IMG/VR virus record: IMGVR_UViG_3300040801_004532
Coordinates: 184,137-248,136 of that record
Strand: one strand, 5' to 3'
Length of the DNA stretch: 64,000 nucleotides
Positions within the stretch are counted from its first letter, which is position 1, and each line of letters starts with the position of its first letter. Shown here piece by piece: positions 44,764 through 53,770 of this stretch. The position numbers and the translations under genes were made by a program. The notes beneath the pieces are model-generated. The model saw only the letters and a program-made list of their open reading frames with translations. It was not told where the DNA came from and ran no database searches.

Positions 44764-45633
44764 TTACTCCTCTAAGAATGCCCCACAATTAGGGCAATAT
44801 TTAAAAGATGATTTTGATTTTGTTCCACAAACTTTACATTGTAGACGTCTCTTTACAGTCAAAGGTTCTTGAATAGTTGATCCTCCTGACGTATTTCCTT
44901 TTAGTCTGATAATTATAGTTTGTGATTGTTCTAGCTCCCCAATTGTACCATAACGAAATTGCTGATTACACTCACTACCTTTTACTGTAATTCCTTCATC
45001 ATCAAGAGGAACACTATCAACCATTTCAATTCCAATATCTCTCGCGCTTGATTGGTTGAAAAAAGCACTATTAGACATTTTAACTGACTCGTTTGATAGG
45101 TTCTCTACTGGACTAGCAGAACTTTGTGTTTCGCCTCCGGTAAATTTATTATCACAGGTATATTTCACTTCATCGTTCCACCCATAATATGTACTAAATG
45201 GTAACCAATAATAAGAAGGATATCTGTGATGATGATGGTGATGATGCTCCTCATGAATAATTGTTTTCTTAATAAGTTCTGGTTTTTCTTTTTCAAACGC
45301 AAACTCAATTCTTATAAAACCATCATCTATTTTATCACCACGGTAGTCTTGAATTTCTTTTGTCTTTTGAATAAACCTAAATCTATTCCGTGCAACATTT
45401 CCACTTAAGAATCCTTCGAGCTCTGTTGTTTCATTTGGTCCAAGAATCAACGAACTGCCGTCAATTACATCTACACCATCAATGTGGATTTTAACAGATG
45501 CACGTCTTGAATTGAGGTTTTTTAGAAGTAAAGAATATTCACTTCCAAAAGGCAGGTAGACTGCGTCGTCTCTTATTCTAAGAATACGACCATTACATTT
45601 TACTTCGGCAACGAACTGATCTTTATAAGTCAT
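44764..45633 (-). CDS. Hypothetical phage protein with His tract and C-terminal zinc ribbon
   Basis: VYLPFGSEYSLLLKN..IHIDGVDV, HEEHHHHHHHR, CKVCG..CPNCG. Confidence 0.65.
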   Translation of the reverse strand: MTYKDQFVAEVKCNGRILRIRDDAVYLPFGSEYSLLLKNLNSRRASVKIHIDGVDVIDGSSLILGPNETTELEGFLSGNVARNRFRFIQKTKEIQDYRGDKIDDGFIRIEFAFEKEKPELIKKTIIHEEHHHHHHHRYPSYYWLPFSTYYGWNDEVKYTCDNKFTGGETQSSASPVENLSNESVKMSNSAFFNQSSARDIGIEMVDSVPLDDEGITVKGSECNQQFRYGTIGELEQSQTIIIRLKGNTSGGSTIQEPLTVKRRLQCKVCGTKSKSSFKYCPNCGAFLEE

Positions 45634-45733
45634 GACGATTTCCTCCTTGACAGGTCACGGACTAGAACCTCATTTTTTTTTAGTTTAAAGTCCGTTGGTG
45701 AATCGTGTAGGTCTTCCTATATATATATGTTCT

Positions 45734-45755
45734 AACTATATATATTAATTAGTGA
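45734..45755 (+). promoter_or_regulatory. Motif B copy
   Basis: AACTATATATATTAATTAGTGA, 40 nt before ATG 45795. Overlaps a divergent motif-A-like TTAGAACA at 45728-45735. Confidence 0.6.
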
Positions 45756-45794
45756 ATGGATGGAAACTTATTACTATTATTTATGGAGGATAAA

Positions 45795-45959
45795 ATGAAA
45801 GAACTAGTTAGATGTAACAATTTTTCAAAGTGTCCGTCAAGGGATTGCCCCCATTGGGAGCCTCACGAAATAGACCGAACATGTAGCGAGGATACCTGCG
45901 AGGGGTGGAAAGTTGCGTTTGACCAATACAACAAGAAGGTAAAATGCATTAAAATTTAA
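45795..45959 (+). CDS. Small Cys-rich protein
   Basis: SD GGAGG, ATG 45795, 6 Cys in 54 aa. Confidence 0.55.
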   Translation: MKELVRCNNFSKCPSRDCPHWEPHEIDRTCSEDTCEGWKVAFDQYNKKVKCIKI

Positions 45960-45978
45960 TTATTTAAAGGAGGTCTTT

Positions 45979-46239
45979 ATGAAGACAAAATTCATTTGTC
46001 CTCAATGTAGGGATGAGGGACGCCCAACTGTCAACTTGATAGTCACAGGGGCAAATCCAAGACCGGAATGTCCTGTTTGCGGCTTCAAATGTCGTAGGTA
46101 TGGAAATACGATGATTGATCAATCGGAAGATCGTCGGGGGGCATTCAACAGCGTTGGAAACTGGGATGCCCGTTTCACGAAATACGATCGAGGCGGAAAG
46201 GATCGAATCTGGCACTCAAGTTGGGGCGCCGAAAATTAA
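45979..46239 (+). CDS. Small zinc-ribbon protein
   Basis: SD AAGGAGG, CPQC..CPVCG. Confidence 0.6.
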   Translation: MKTKFICPQCRDEGRPTVNLIVTGANPRPECPVCGFKCRRYGNTMIDQSEDRRGAFNSVGNWDARFTKYDRGGKDRIWHSSWGAEN

Positions 46240-46253
46240 AGGAGATTAAATAA

Positions 46254-46598
46254 ATGACAACCCTAGAAGAGATGATTCCAGACTATCCCGTTCATAGAAT
46301 AACCCCCAAATGTTGTCGTTGTGGAGGCGAATTGACGTTGGAAGATAATCTTGGAAACGGCGTAATGTTATATACATGCCCTTTGTGTGATTATCCTCCT
46401 CCCGAGGATGATCACAATCTCTTCTGTGTCTCAAGTCAATTGGAAACTCGGGTGTATAAAAATCATTGTTGGAATTGTGGTGCAGCAATTGATTCTACCT
46501 TTGCAACCCCTTCGAGAACGCCCGGTATGGGCTACTACTGCCCTCGCTGTGGTGAAGATCTTACAAAGTGGAAACTAATGAAAGGAGGTGTTGTTTAA
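46254..46598 (+). CDS. Double zinc-ribbon protein
   Basis: SD AAGGAG, CCRCG..CPLC and CWNCG..CPRCG. Confidence 0.65.
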   Translation: MTTLEEMIPDYPVHRITPKCCRCGGELTLEDNLGNGVMLYTCPLCDYPPPEDDHNLFCVSSQLETRVYKNHCWNCGAAIDSTFATPSRTPGMGYYCPRCGEDLTKWKLMKGGVV

Positions 46599-46723
46599 TG
46601 CCAAAAAAAGACGGAAGCGGTCCAAAAGGGCAAGGTCCAAAAGATGGACGTGGCGGCGGAACTGGCCGTAACACGGGAAAAGGAAGTGGTTCAAAAAGCG
46701 GGGGTCAGAAAGGCAACTGCTAA
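46598..46723 (+). CDS. 41-aa Gly/Lys-rich peptide, DUF5320-like (missing from the track)
   Basis: Translated by hand as MPKKDGSGPKGQGPKDGRGGGTGRNTGKGSGSKSGGQKGNC. SD AAAGGAGG and TAATG overlap. Confidence 0.65.
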   Translation: MPKKDGSGPKGQGPKDGRGGGTGRNTGKGSGSKSGGQKGNC

Positions 46724-46728
46724 TCAGT

Positions 46729-46824
46729 TTGGAGATGGGGAGGTCCGACTGTTGGATACGGGAGCGATCGAATCCTGTTACCGCGCAGTTGGAGATTCGA
46801 TCACTCCCCATCTCCAATTTTTTT
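46729..46824 (+). terminator. Large multi-stem terminator/structured RNA between convergent genes
   Basis: 14-bp basal stem TTGGAGATGGGGAG/CTCCCCATCTCCAA, internal stems, T7 tail. Confidence 0.6.
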
Positions 46825-46832
46825 GCTTTAAA

Positions 46833-48041
46833 TTATTCAAATAATGGTTTGTCAATAACAGGTCTTTCGATTGAGTGTTTATAGTTCTTCCAATCATCTT
46901 CAATTGTTTGTGGCCACATATAAAATTTTGCATCAAAGTTTTTAATCAGCCCAGCTTTTGAAAGTTCTGCTTTAACAATATAACCACCAACTAGAGGATG
47001 TAATCCTTTTCGTTTTAGATAGCTTGTTTGTCCTTCAAAACAACCACATTGCATACCAAAAATTGAACCGAACATTGCTTGCATTTGAATATGTAAATGA
47101 CCTGCCAATAGAAATCTCACACTTGGTTTATCTTTTACATCTCTTGAAATATTTGCAAGTTCAGTATATGCAATTTGTTCAACGCCCTTTTGAATACGAT
47201 ATGAATAAGAATACGGCACACCTCCAGAAGGATGCCAAAGCTTCATATCTACACCAGGAAGGATTGGAATATCTGCATCATCAAATCCAATGTAGTGAAC
47301 ATCTGATCTTTGTGCCTCAATTGCTAATAAAGGATTATGCCCTCCGCCTCTTTTAATAAATGAATAATCGTGGTTACCACCAAGCATGTACCATTCAAAA
47401 CCTCTTGGTAAATTAACAATTACAGAGTCCTCTTGTTCTTCAGCCGATAATGCATAAACCTCAAATTGTTGGCCGGGATAAACATTATAACCAGCGCAAA
47501 CATCGCCAGGTGTAAAAATATATTTTACTCCCTTTTTCCTACATATTTCACAAAATTCATTTAACGCTGTTAGTTGACATTCTTTTGAACCAAAATGTAA
47601 ATCGGATGCAACACCAAAAATAATTTCTTTGTCTTCAAGGGGATCATTAATTGGATCTCCTTCCGATGCAACATCAGAACTTAAAATGATATTTTTATCA
47701 TCACAAATAATTTCATATCCCTGTTTTCTGAAATAATCAATCAATTCAAAAATTTCACCAGGCGAACAGCTTAACTCATCACATAATGTTTCACCTCTGA
47801 CTGTTTTTCTTTTTTCTAGTATTGTAATAAATGCCTGATCAATAGACTCTTTTTCTTCAACGCCTCCATAATCTTCATCAGTTAAATGTTCCCTTTTTAC
47901 CTTTGAAATATATTTATAAAATGTTTTGATATTGCTCCCATAGCCAAACTCTTTTTGTGCTCGATGATAAATATTTTTTGTCTCTGCGCCGTTTAATATT
48001 TCCTGTTTTACAAATTCAATTAAACCAGGATATAAAGTCAT
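46833..48041 (-). CDS. Calcineurin-like metallophosphoesterase with N-terminal HTH-like domains
   Basis: SDLHFGS, GDVCAG, GNHD, HPSGG, GHLH. Likely start ATG 48041 after GGAGG. Confidence 0.85.
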   Translation of the reverse strand: MTLYPGLIEFVKQEILNGAETKNIYHRAQKEFGYGSNIKTFYKYISKVKREHLTDEDYGGVEEKESIDQAFITILEKRKTVRGETLCDELSCSPGEIFELIDYFRKQGYEIICDDKNIILSSDVASEGDPINDPLEDKEIIFGVASDLHFGSKECQLTALNEFCEICRKKGVKYIFTPGDVCAGYNVYPGQQFEVYALSAEEQEDSVIVNLPRGFEWYMLGGNHDYSFIKRGGGHNPLLAIEAQRSDVHYIGFDDADIPILPGVDMKLWHPSGGVPYSYSYRIQKGVEQIAYTELANISRDVKDKPSVRFLLAGHLHIQMQAMFGSIFGMQCGCFEGQTSYLKRKGLHPLVGGYIVKAELSKAGLIKNFDAKFYMWPQTIEDDWKNYKHSIERPVIDKPLFE

Positions 48042-48084
48042 CAAAAATTCCTCCACACATTAGATTATTAAAAACCTATCATTT

Positions 48085-48096
48085 TTTTGTTCTAAA
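48085..48096 (-). promoter_or_regulatory. Motif A copy
   Basis: TTTAGAACAAAA, 44 nt upstream of ATG 48041. Confidence 0.5.
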
Positions 48097-48158
48097 TTGG
48101 CAGATTAATATCTTGATATACTTAGAAAGGAATTATAGGAGGGTTTAAAACTATTGTA

Positions 48159-50948
48159 TTATAGAATTATTCTTTTGCCATTTTCTTGTAATAAATATTT
48201 GCCATTTTCTTGTAGTAAATAACCTGAAATTTCTTCAACTCTTATCGTAAAATAATCAAAATTATATGTACAATCGAATCTTCCTTCTTCATCAAAATCT
48301 CTAAATCCACCTGTTTGATAATAATCAAAACTATAAACAGGAGGAACATCTTCATCAGGAATTAACCATGAAATTTGATAATTATCTGTTGGAACTGAAG
48401 CTGACAATAATACAACAAATCTATCTTCATATCTCTTTTTAACAATTCCTGAAATTATAAACTCGCTGGTTGAATCTGTTGAAAGATTAATTAAAACTGG
48501 ATAATGAGTATGCGTAAGAGGACTATTTAAATAAACAGTTACTTCAGATAATCCTTGTGCAATATCTTCATTGCCATATTGCAAACCTTCACAAATAATC
48601 CATTCTAAATGATAATTTGTTGAATCCATCGGACCAGACAGATCCACTTCAAACTCATTGATACTTTTTCTTGTTACAGAATGTGAATATATAGCAGGAC
48701 TTGTATCTACTGTATTTACAAGTGAAACAAGAACGTTATAATTTGGTCCACATAAATTCGGTACTATAATTGTCTTTGAAGTATCCCCAATATTCAACGG
48801 AACTATCCCGGTTGTTGTAGAAGTGGTATCAACCAAAAACCAATCTAGATAATAATTGGGAGATGAAATCGAACCAGTAAAATCAACTGTAAAACTCGAT
48901 GTTTGTTTGCTAGTGATTATATAATCATAAACATACTGAACTTCATCTGGATTGTTGTTTCGTAAAGATGCAATAACTGTATAATTTAAATCAGGTTGTG
49001 GAGTATCAAATATTACTGTGGTTCCTGATACACCCTCTCTAATCTTATGAGAATATGGACCAAGTCTTACAAGGTTTGATATTTCTGATACAACAAACCC
49101 CGTACCATCAGAAGGGGGACAATGTAAACTATCATAGATAGTTTCCTCATAAGTGATTTCAACATTATCCTCACCGCTAACAACAGCACCATAATCAAAA
49201 GCTGAACCACAATCAAATGTATCCCTTGAATAATATCTAGCTACAGATGTTGAGTCGCTGCAAGTTATTGTACTAATTAAACTCCAAAAAGAACCATATG
49301 ATGCTCCTGATGGAGGTTTAGTTTGATCATTAGATACATGTAATTGAGTACAAATATATTGATTCCCATTTAGATCTGGGACAACATCATTTACGGCATA
49401 TGCGATACCAGCTTGCCATATCCCTCTCCAATTCATAGTTGCAGGAACTGCACCAGTAAAGGTTCTCTTACATTGAGCAACTAACTCATTATTACATAGA
49501 GTAACTGCTGTCGAATCAAGTGAAGGTTCTGGACAGCAAGGACTACTGTTACCTGTTATAAAGTCATGAACTGTTTGCTCAGCATAAAAATCAAATGCAT
49601 CTTCAACAATGATCGTATTTGGAACTCTACTTCTAACTTGAAGCTGTTCCAATAATAGAATTCTTGCTCGATAAGGTTTAAAGAAGTTAATTGCAGGTGC
49701 AAGAGTCTTGAAAAATTCTTGAACTCCAAATAAAATAAAACCGAAGTTTACAAAACCAAAACCAATATTAGCACGAACCCAAAGAGCCATATCCTTCAAA
49801 AGTGAGTATAGAACATCCAAGGGTTCCCCGGCCGAATCAAGCTGTGATTTAATATCAGGGGCTATAACGCCCAGCCAGTATTCTGCACTATTAGAATTTA
49901 CTAGAAAGTTGGTTGGTGTAGGACGAGTAAATTCGTCTAAGTATTGTTGGTATCTTTGTTTTTGATCTAGTCGGCTAGTTGGAACCACATTTATAATCGA
50001 ATCAAACTCAGCTTTGATTATTTCAGGATCTATGCTTGTTCCATCATAACATAGATAATCAGCACCCCATAATGGCAAGTCTTCACGTCCAACAGAAAAT
50101 TGTTTGTTGAACATATAAACAGCTGAGAGGTATAGTTCAAGAAAGCTTCTTAGTTCACCAATGTATGAGATTTCGGCTGAAGCAGTAGGAACAGAACCTG
50201 TTGATTGATAATAATCAAACTCATCTTGGCATCTTCGAACTATAGTCGACATCTCAAAATTATCAACTTCAACAATAGGTTGTACACCAATATAAGGAGT
50301 TTTAGATGGAAGATTTATTTTAGTTGTATTATGTAACTGAATGATTTGTTCAGCCGTATATAACCAATGTGGATCTCCCTGAGTTAAATTTGCATAAGGG
50401 AATGCAATATCAATTGGGTTTGTGGTTGTACCAGCAACAACTTTTCCATCAAAGTAAAGAGTGTTTTGATTTAACTTTTTAAGGAAAAATTCATAAATAT
50501 CAACTTCTGTAACACCATAATATTGAAGGACATCAACTAATGATTGTGGTGTTCCCTTTACCTTATATAGATTAACAAGATCAAGGAAAAACTGAATTTT
50601 CTGTTCTAGAGGGTTTTCATCAAAATCTCTTAGGCTTGTTGAATGTGGATAACCAAAGCTTCTAAACAACTCATCTAAATCGCTATTCGAAATTGAACGA
50701 ACATCGGATGCCCTTAGTGAAGATGTAGCCAAAGACCTATGTGAAGCAAATAGATCAATAATTAATCTTCTTAACCTATTATAATCAGTTGTTAAAAATG
50801 ATGATTGATCAACAACATTTGAGAAATAATCTTCTAATTTGGTCCTATCTGATTTTGCAATGGCATCCAACGCATCAGTTACATTACCTGTTCCACCACT
50901 AACTGACTTGAAAATCTCCCAAAAGAGATCTATTTTATCATATGCCAT
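48159..50948 (-). CDS. Large modular baseplate/tail protein (P2 gpI/gp7-like N-terminus, CBM-like module, three beta repeats)
   Basis: LYKVKGTPQS, WRGIWQAGIAYAVNDVV, three repeats ending YYLDW/YHLEW/YQISW, terminal YLLQENG x2. Confidence 0.6.
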   Translation of the reverse strand: MAYDKIDLFWEIFKSVSGGTGNVTDALDAIAKSDRTKLEDYFSNVVDQSSFLTTDYNRLRRLIIDLFASHRSLATSSLRASDVRSISNSDLDELFRSFGYPHSTSLRDFDENPLEQKIQFFLDLVNLYKVKGTPQSLVDVLQYYGVTEVDIYEFFLKKLNQNTLYFDGKVVAGTTTNPIDIAFPYANLTQGDPHWLYTAEQIIQLHNTTKINLPSKTPYIGVQPIVEVDNFEMSTIVRRCQDEFDYYQSTGSVPTASAEISYIGELRSFLELYLSAVYMFNKQFSVGREDLPLWGADYLCYDGTSIDPEIIKAEFDSIINVVPTSRLDQKQRYQQYLDEFTRPTPTNFLVNSNSAEYWLGVIAPDIKSQLDSAGEPLDVLYSLLKDMALWVRANIGFGFVNFGFILFGVQEFFKTLAPAINFFKPYRARILLLEQLQVRSRVPNTIIVEDAFDFYAEQTVHDFITGNSSPCCPEPSLDSTAVTLCNNELVAQCKRTFTGAVPATMNWRGIWQAGIAYAVNDVVPDLNGNQYICTQLHVSNDQTKPPSGASYGSFWSLISTITCSDSTSVARYYSRDTFDCGSAFDYGAVVSGEDNVEITYEETIYDSLHCPPSDGTGFVVSEISNLVRLGPYSHKIREGVSGTTVIFDTPQPDLNYTVIASLRNNNPDEVQYVYDYIITSKQTSSFTVDFTGSISSPNYYLDWFLVDTTSTTTGIVPLNIGDTSKTIIVPNLCGPNYNVLVSLVNTVDTSPAIYSHSVTRKSINEFEVDLSGPMDSTNYHLEWIICEGLQYGNEDIAQGLSEVTVYLNSPLTHTHYPVLINLSTDSTSEFIISGIVKKRYEDRFVVLLSASVPTDNYQISWLIPDEDVPPVYSFDYYQTGGFRDFDEEGRFDCTYNFDYFTIRVEEISGYLLQENGKYLLQENGKRIIL

Positions 50949-51619
50949 TATGGTTCATCCCCACAGTTAATATCAAACAGAACATTTTGGTTTGTAAGAT
51001 ATAGAAAATACTCATCCATCAATTTAGCCTCAAAACAACTTGCTAACAACGTACCATCTGTTACCAAATCTGAAGCACAGTATATGTCAATATTTTCGTA
51101 TATTTTTAGATCTAGATATAGATAAATTAATTTTGATAACGGAGTGTTTAATGAATCAAATGTAGCATTAACAATTACTATTCCCGCTGTTGCATCCACA
51201 ATTAAGTCAACCGCTGTCGAATCAATTGATGCAGTAGTATCAATAAATACGACAGATGTTGAATCAATTCTATAATTTAAAAGCGCATCCAACATTACAA
51301 AATCATGGTCTTTTAGGTTAAAAATATTATTCCCAGTTTCTCCTGGAACTAAATATTTAGATCCTGGGTAAATCATCAATCTTTGCCGTGTGAGAGTTGG
51401 CCAACATTGATTTCGTGATTCTGCTTTATATAAATAATTATAGTAATCATATGGATAATCATCATCACATAAAAGTTGAACGACAGAGGCTGGAGTCAAG
51501 AAGTTTTCTGGCACGGGAACCGGCGCAGGAATTTCATATCTATTTATAATTGAGGTAGTTACAAATTTGTAGAACCAGGTTTGGAACTCGGGTATAAGCT
51601 CCGAATTAGCTACTGTCAT
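50948..51619 (-). CDS. Hypothetical probable virion protein
   Basis: Coupled by one-base overlaps to both neighbours. Confidence 0.5.
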   Translation of the reverse strand: MTVANSELIPEFQTWFYKFVTTSIINRYEIPAPVPVPENFLTPASVVQLLCDDDYPYDYYNYLYKAESRNQCWPTLTRQRLMIYPGSKYLVPGETGNNIFNLKDHDFVMLDALLNYRIDSTSVVFIDTTASIDSTAVDLIVDATAGIVIVNATFDSLNTPLSKLIYLYLDLKIYENIDIYCASDLVTDGTLLASCFEAKLMDEYFLYLTNQNVLFDINCGDEP

Positions 51620-52182
51620 TATTCCCTCACGTCTGTTTGGATTAGGTCAGCTGTGCTCATCATATCTAAAATATGAACGAAAAGGGTTGTGGGATTGAAA
51701 TCTCTAAAATCAAATTCTTTTCCTCTCACATCTGTACTCCATTGACCAGAGTGAAATCTGACAGCTTCTTCCAAAATAAGGAATTGCCCTTCTGTTAATA
51801 GTTTGGTAAATGTTCCTTTATTTTGGGCGATCATATCCGCAGCTTGTTTATCGTGGGTATAATCGGTATGTTTTCTAGTCCCTAGATTTCCATACTTTAG
51901 AGAATCATGAAGAGCTACAGCAATCAACAGCGTATCTGCATCTGTTGTTTTTGTCTCTATATTAAATAACCTCATGATTTTAGAACAAGCATATAGCATA
52001 TGATAAACATGCTCTGCCTGTGATGGTACTTCACCGTTTTTCTTCTTATGATATTTTCCGGTTGATGAAGTTGGTTTGTCCCAAATATCAGGAAGGATGC
52101 TATCAATCCCCTTCCACAATTTGAATCCTTTTTCTGTTAAATTTGTTTCAAGAAGTTCGAGAATCTTTCCTTTATATGTCAA
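51619..52182 (-). CDS. HD-domain phosphohydrolase
   Basis: SSTGKYH, EHV, ALHDSLK, HSGQW, HILD. Confidence 0.85.
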   Translation of the reverse strand: MTYKGKILELLETNLTEKGFKLWKGIDSILPDIWDKPTSSTGKYHKKKNGEVPSQAEHVYHMLYACSKIMRLFNIETKTTDADTLLIAVALHDSLKYGNLGTRKHTDYTHDKQAADMIAQNKGTFTKLLTEGQFLILEEAVRFHSGQWSTDVRGKEFDFRDFNPTTLFVHILDMMSTADLIQTDVRE

Positions 52183-52199
52183 TTTTATTCCCTTTCTAT

Positions 52200-52766
52200 T
52201 TACTTTTCTGATTGTGTTGTTACAGAAATAGTGGCTCGTTTTTTAAGATCTTCAATTCTACCTTGAAGTTCTCTTAGATCCTCTGTCCATTTTTCAATTT
52301 TGGCCTGTCCCTTTTCTTTACATTTTTCTGGATTTTTTGATTTAGAACAATTTTTCATTTGTCTTTTGATAAGATTTATTAATTTATTATATTTAGTCAT
52401 TTTTGCTCTAATCAAACACATATCTCTAGCTCTTCCTGATGAAAATACCCCACATTTTCTTGATGCCTTTGAGAAAGCACCACGAATAGCTCTATAAGCT
52501 ACCCACCCTGGAGGAGACAGTAAAAACATTCCAAAAACTGTTTTTAAAAGACCTTCATTTAATTTATTTAATTCAAATCTCTCATTTACTATCTCTTCTG
52601 CTTGCTCGTCTAATTTTGTTATTTTTCCATCAAGTAGAAATGCTTTAATTTGTGCTTCAGATGCTTCTTTTTGTAGCCAATTCAGAAGCTGAAGTTTTGC
52701 TGATTTTGATAACTCACTTTCTGTAACTATTATTCCTGACAACAATGTTAGTTCTTTTTTATCCAT
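52200..52766 (-). CDS. 4-Cys 'KNPxKC' family paralog 2
   Basis: KLDEQAEEIVNERF identical to paralog 3, plus CSKSKNPEKC. Confidence 0.65.
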   Translation of the reverse strand: MDKKELTLLSGIIVTESELSKSAKLQLLNWLQKEASEAQIKAFLLDGKITKLDEQAEEIVNERFELNKLNEGLLKTVFGMFLLSPPGWVAYRAIRGAFSKASRKCGVFSSGRARDMCLIRAKMTKYNKLINLIKRQMKNCSKSKNPEKCKEKGQAKIEKWTEDLRELQGRIEDLKKRATISVTTQSEK

Positions 52767-52794
52767 TTTTTTAACCCTCTTATTTTATTATATA

Positions 52795-53259
52795 TTATGG
52801 TGGTGGCAATGCTTTATACTCAGGATGCAACTTTCTAAAATTTTCTTTTTGTTCAGGAGGAAGTTGTATATAGAAATCAAATACTTCTTTTGTGATATAA
52901 ACCTCCTTTTCGGGCGGGGCTTTTATACTATCCATAATCTTTTTAGAATCGCTTCCGGCTTCTTTTAAAGCTTCTTTAACCTTCTTGTCTGTAAGCAAAT
53001 CCCTTATCGCCTCTTGATTTTGTTCAATTGCTTCTTGTTGTTTTGAGTTAAATTGCTTTAATGTTTTTAACTCATCTCTATCTTTTTCGATCATAAGTTG
53101 AAGAGTCTGGTTATCAACTTTCTTATTTAATTCCTCTGCAATTCCTTTATATACAACCCCAACCAACGAAAATATCACAGCAGCAATAATTGGTGTAATA
53201 ATCGAAACATTTTTAAACCAAGGTTTCTTTGGTGGAGGTTCATTTTTCTTCCAGAACAT
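52795..53259 (-). CDS. Single-TM coiled-coil protein (possible lysis accessory)
   Basis: TM segment IITPIIAAVIFSLVGVVY, followed by heptad-rich region, near holin. Confidence 0.45.
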   Translation of the reverse strand: MFWKKNEPPPKKPWFKNVSIITPIIAAVIFSLVGVVYKGIAEELNKKVDNQTLQLMIEKDRDELKTLKQFNSKQQEAIEQNQEAIRDLLTDKKVKEALKEAGSDSKKIMDSIKAPPEKEVYITKEVFDFYIQLPPEQKENFRKLHPEYKALPPP

Positions 53260-53270
53260 CTTGCCCTCAC

Positions 53271-53768
53271 TTAGTCCATTGTTTTTTCCATTCTAGCAAT
53301 TTTCTTAGATAGTTTAGCTTTACACTTTTCAGGATTTTTAGTTTGATCGCATCTTGCCAGTAATTTCTTAAGTGCTTCTAGTTTTGCTTTAGCTTTAAAT
53401 TTGCTAATGCATCGTTGTCTATCTTCACCAGATCTTCCAGCACAGGCACGCCCTGCTTTTGACATATAAGTCTTATAAATATTTTTTGCCATTAAAAGAC
53501 CAGTAGCCCCAAACGCGGCCACGGTCATACCAAGCCATGCTGTCACAGGATCAAACTCAAGAATAGCAAATCGTTCGTTTACAATCTCTTCTGCCTGCTC
53601 ATCCAATTTAACAATCCTGCCATCTAACACCAAAGCTTTCACTTGTGCATCAGTTGCTTCATTCTGAATAAAATTTAAAAGTTGATGTTTTGCTTGTTTG
53701 CTTAACTCAGAAACAATGACAGCTTCTGCAGCAAACAGCCGTAATTCTTTATCCATGTTATCCTCCAT
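53271..53768 (-). CDS. 4-Cys 'KNPxKC' family paralog 3
   Basis: ELSKQAKHQLLNFIQNEATDAQVKA, CDQTKNPEKC. Confidence 0.65.
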   Translation of the reverse strand: MEDNMDKELRLFAAEAVIVSELSKQAKHQLLNFIQNEATDAQVKALVLDGRIVKLDEQAEEIVNERFAILEFDPVTAWLGMTVAAFGATGLLMAKNIYKTYMSKAGRACAGRSGEDRQRCISKFKAKAKLEALKKLLARCDQTKNPEKCKAKLSKKIARMEKTMD

Positions 53769-53770
53769 AC

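Noticed and set aside
46039-46085. c-di-GMP-I riboswitch-like GTCACAGGGGCAAA
   Set aside because: It lies inside a well-supported zinc-ribbon ORF and lacks the downstream GGGACGCAAAGC/P2 elements.
46833-48041. SbcD/Mre11 partner of the SbcC-like ATPase
   Set aside because: It is 46 kb away on the other strand, has N-terminal HTH-like domains and lacks the Mre11 capping/C-terminal layout. The true partner probably lies upstream of the window.
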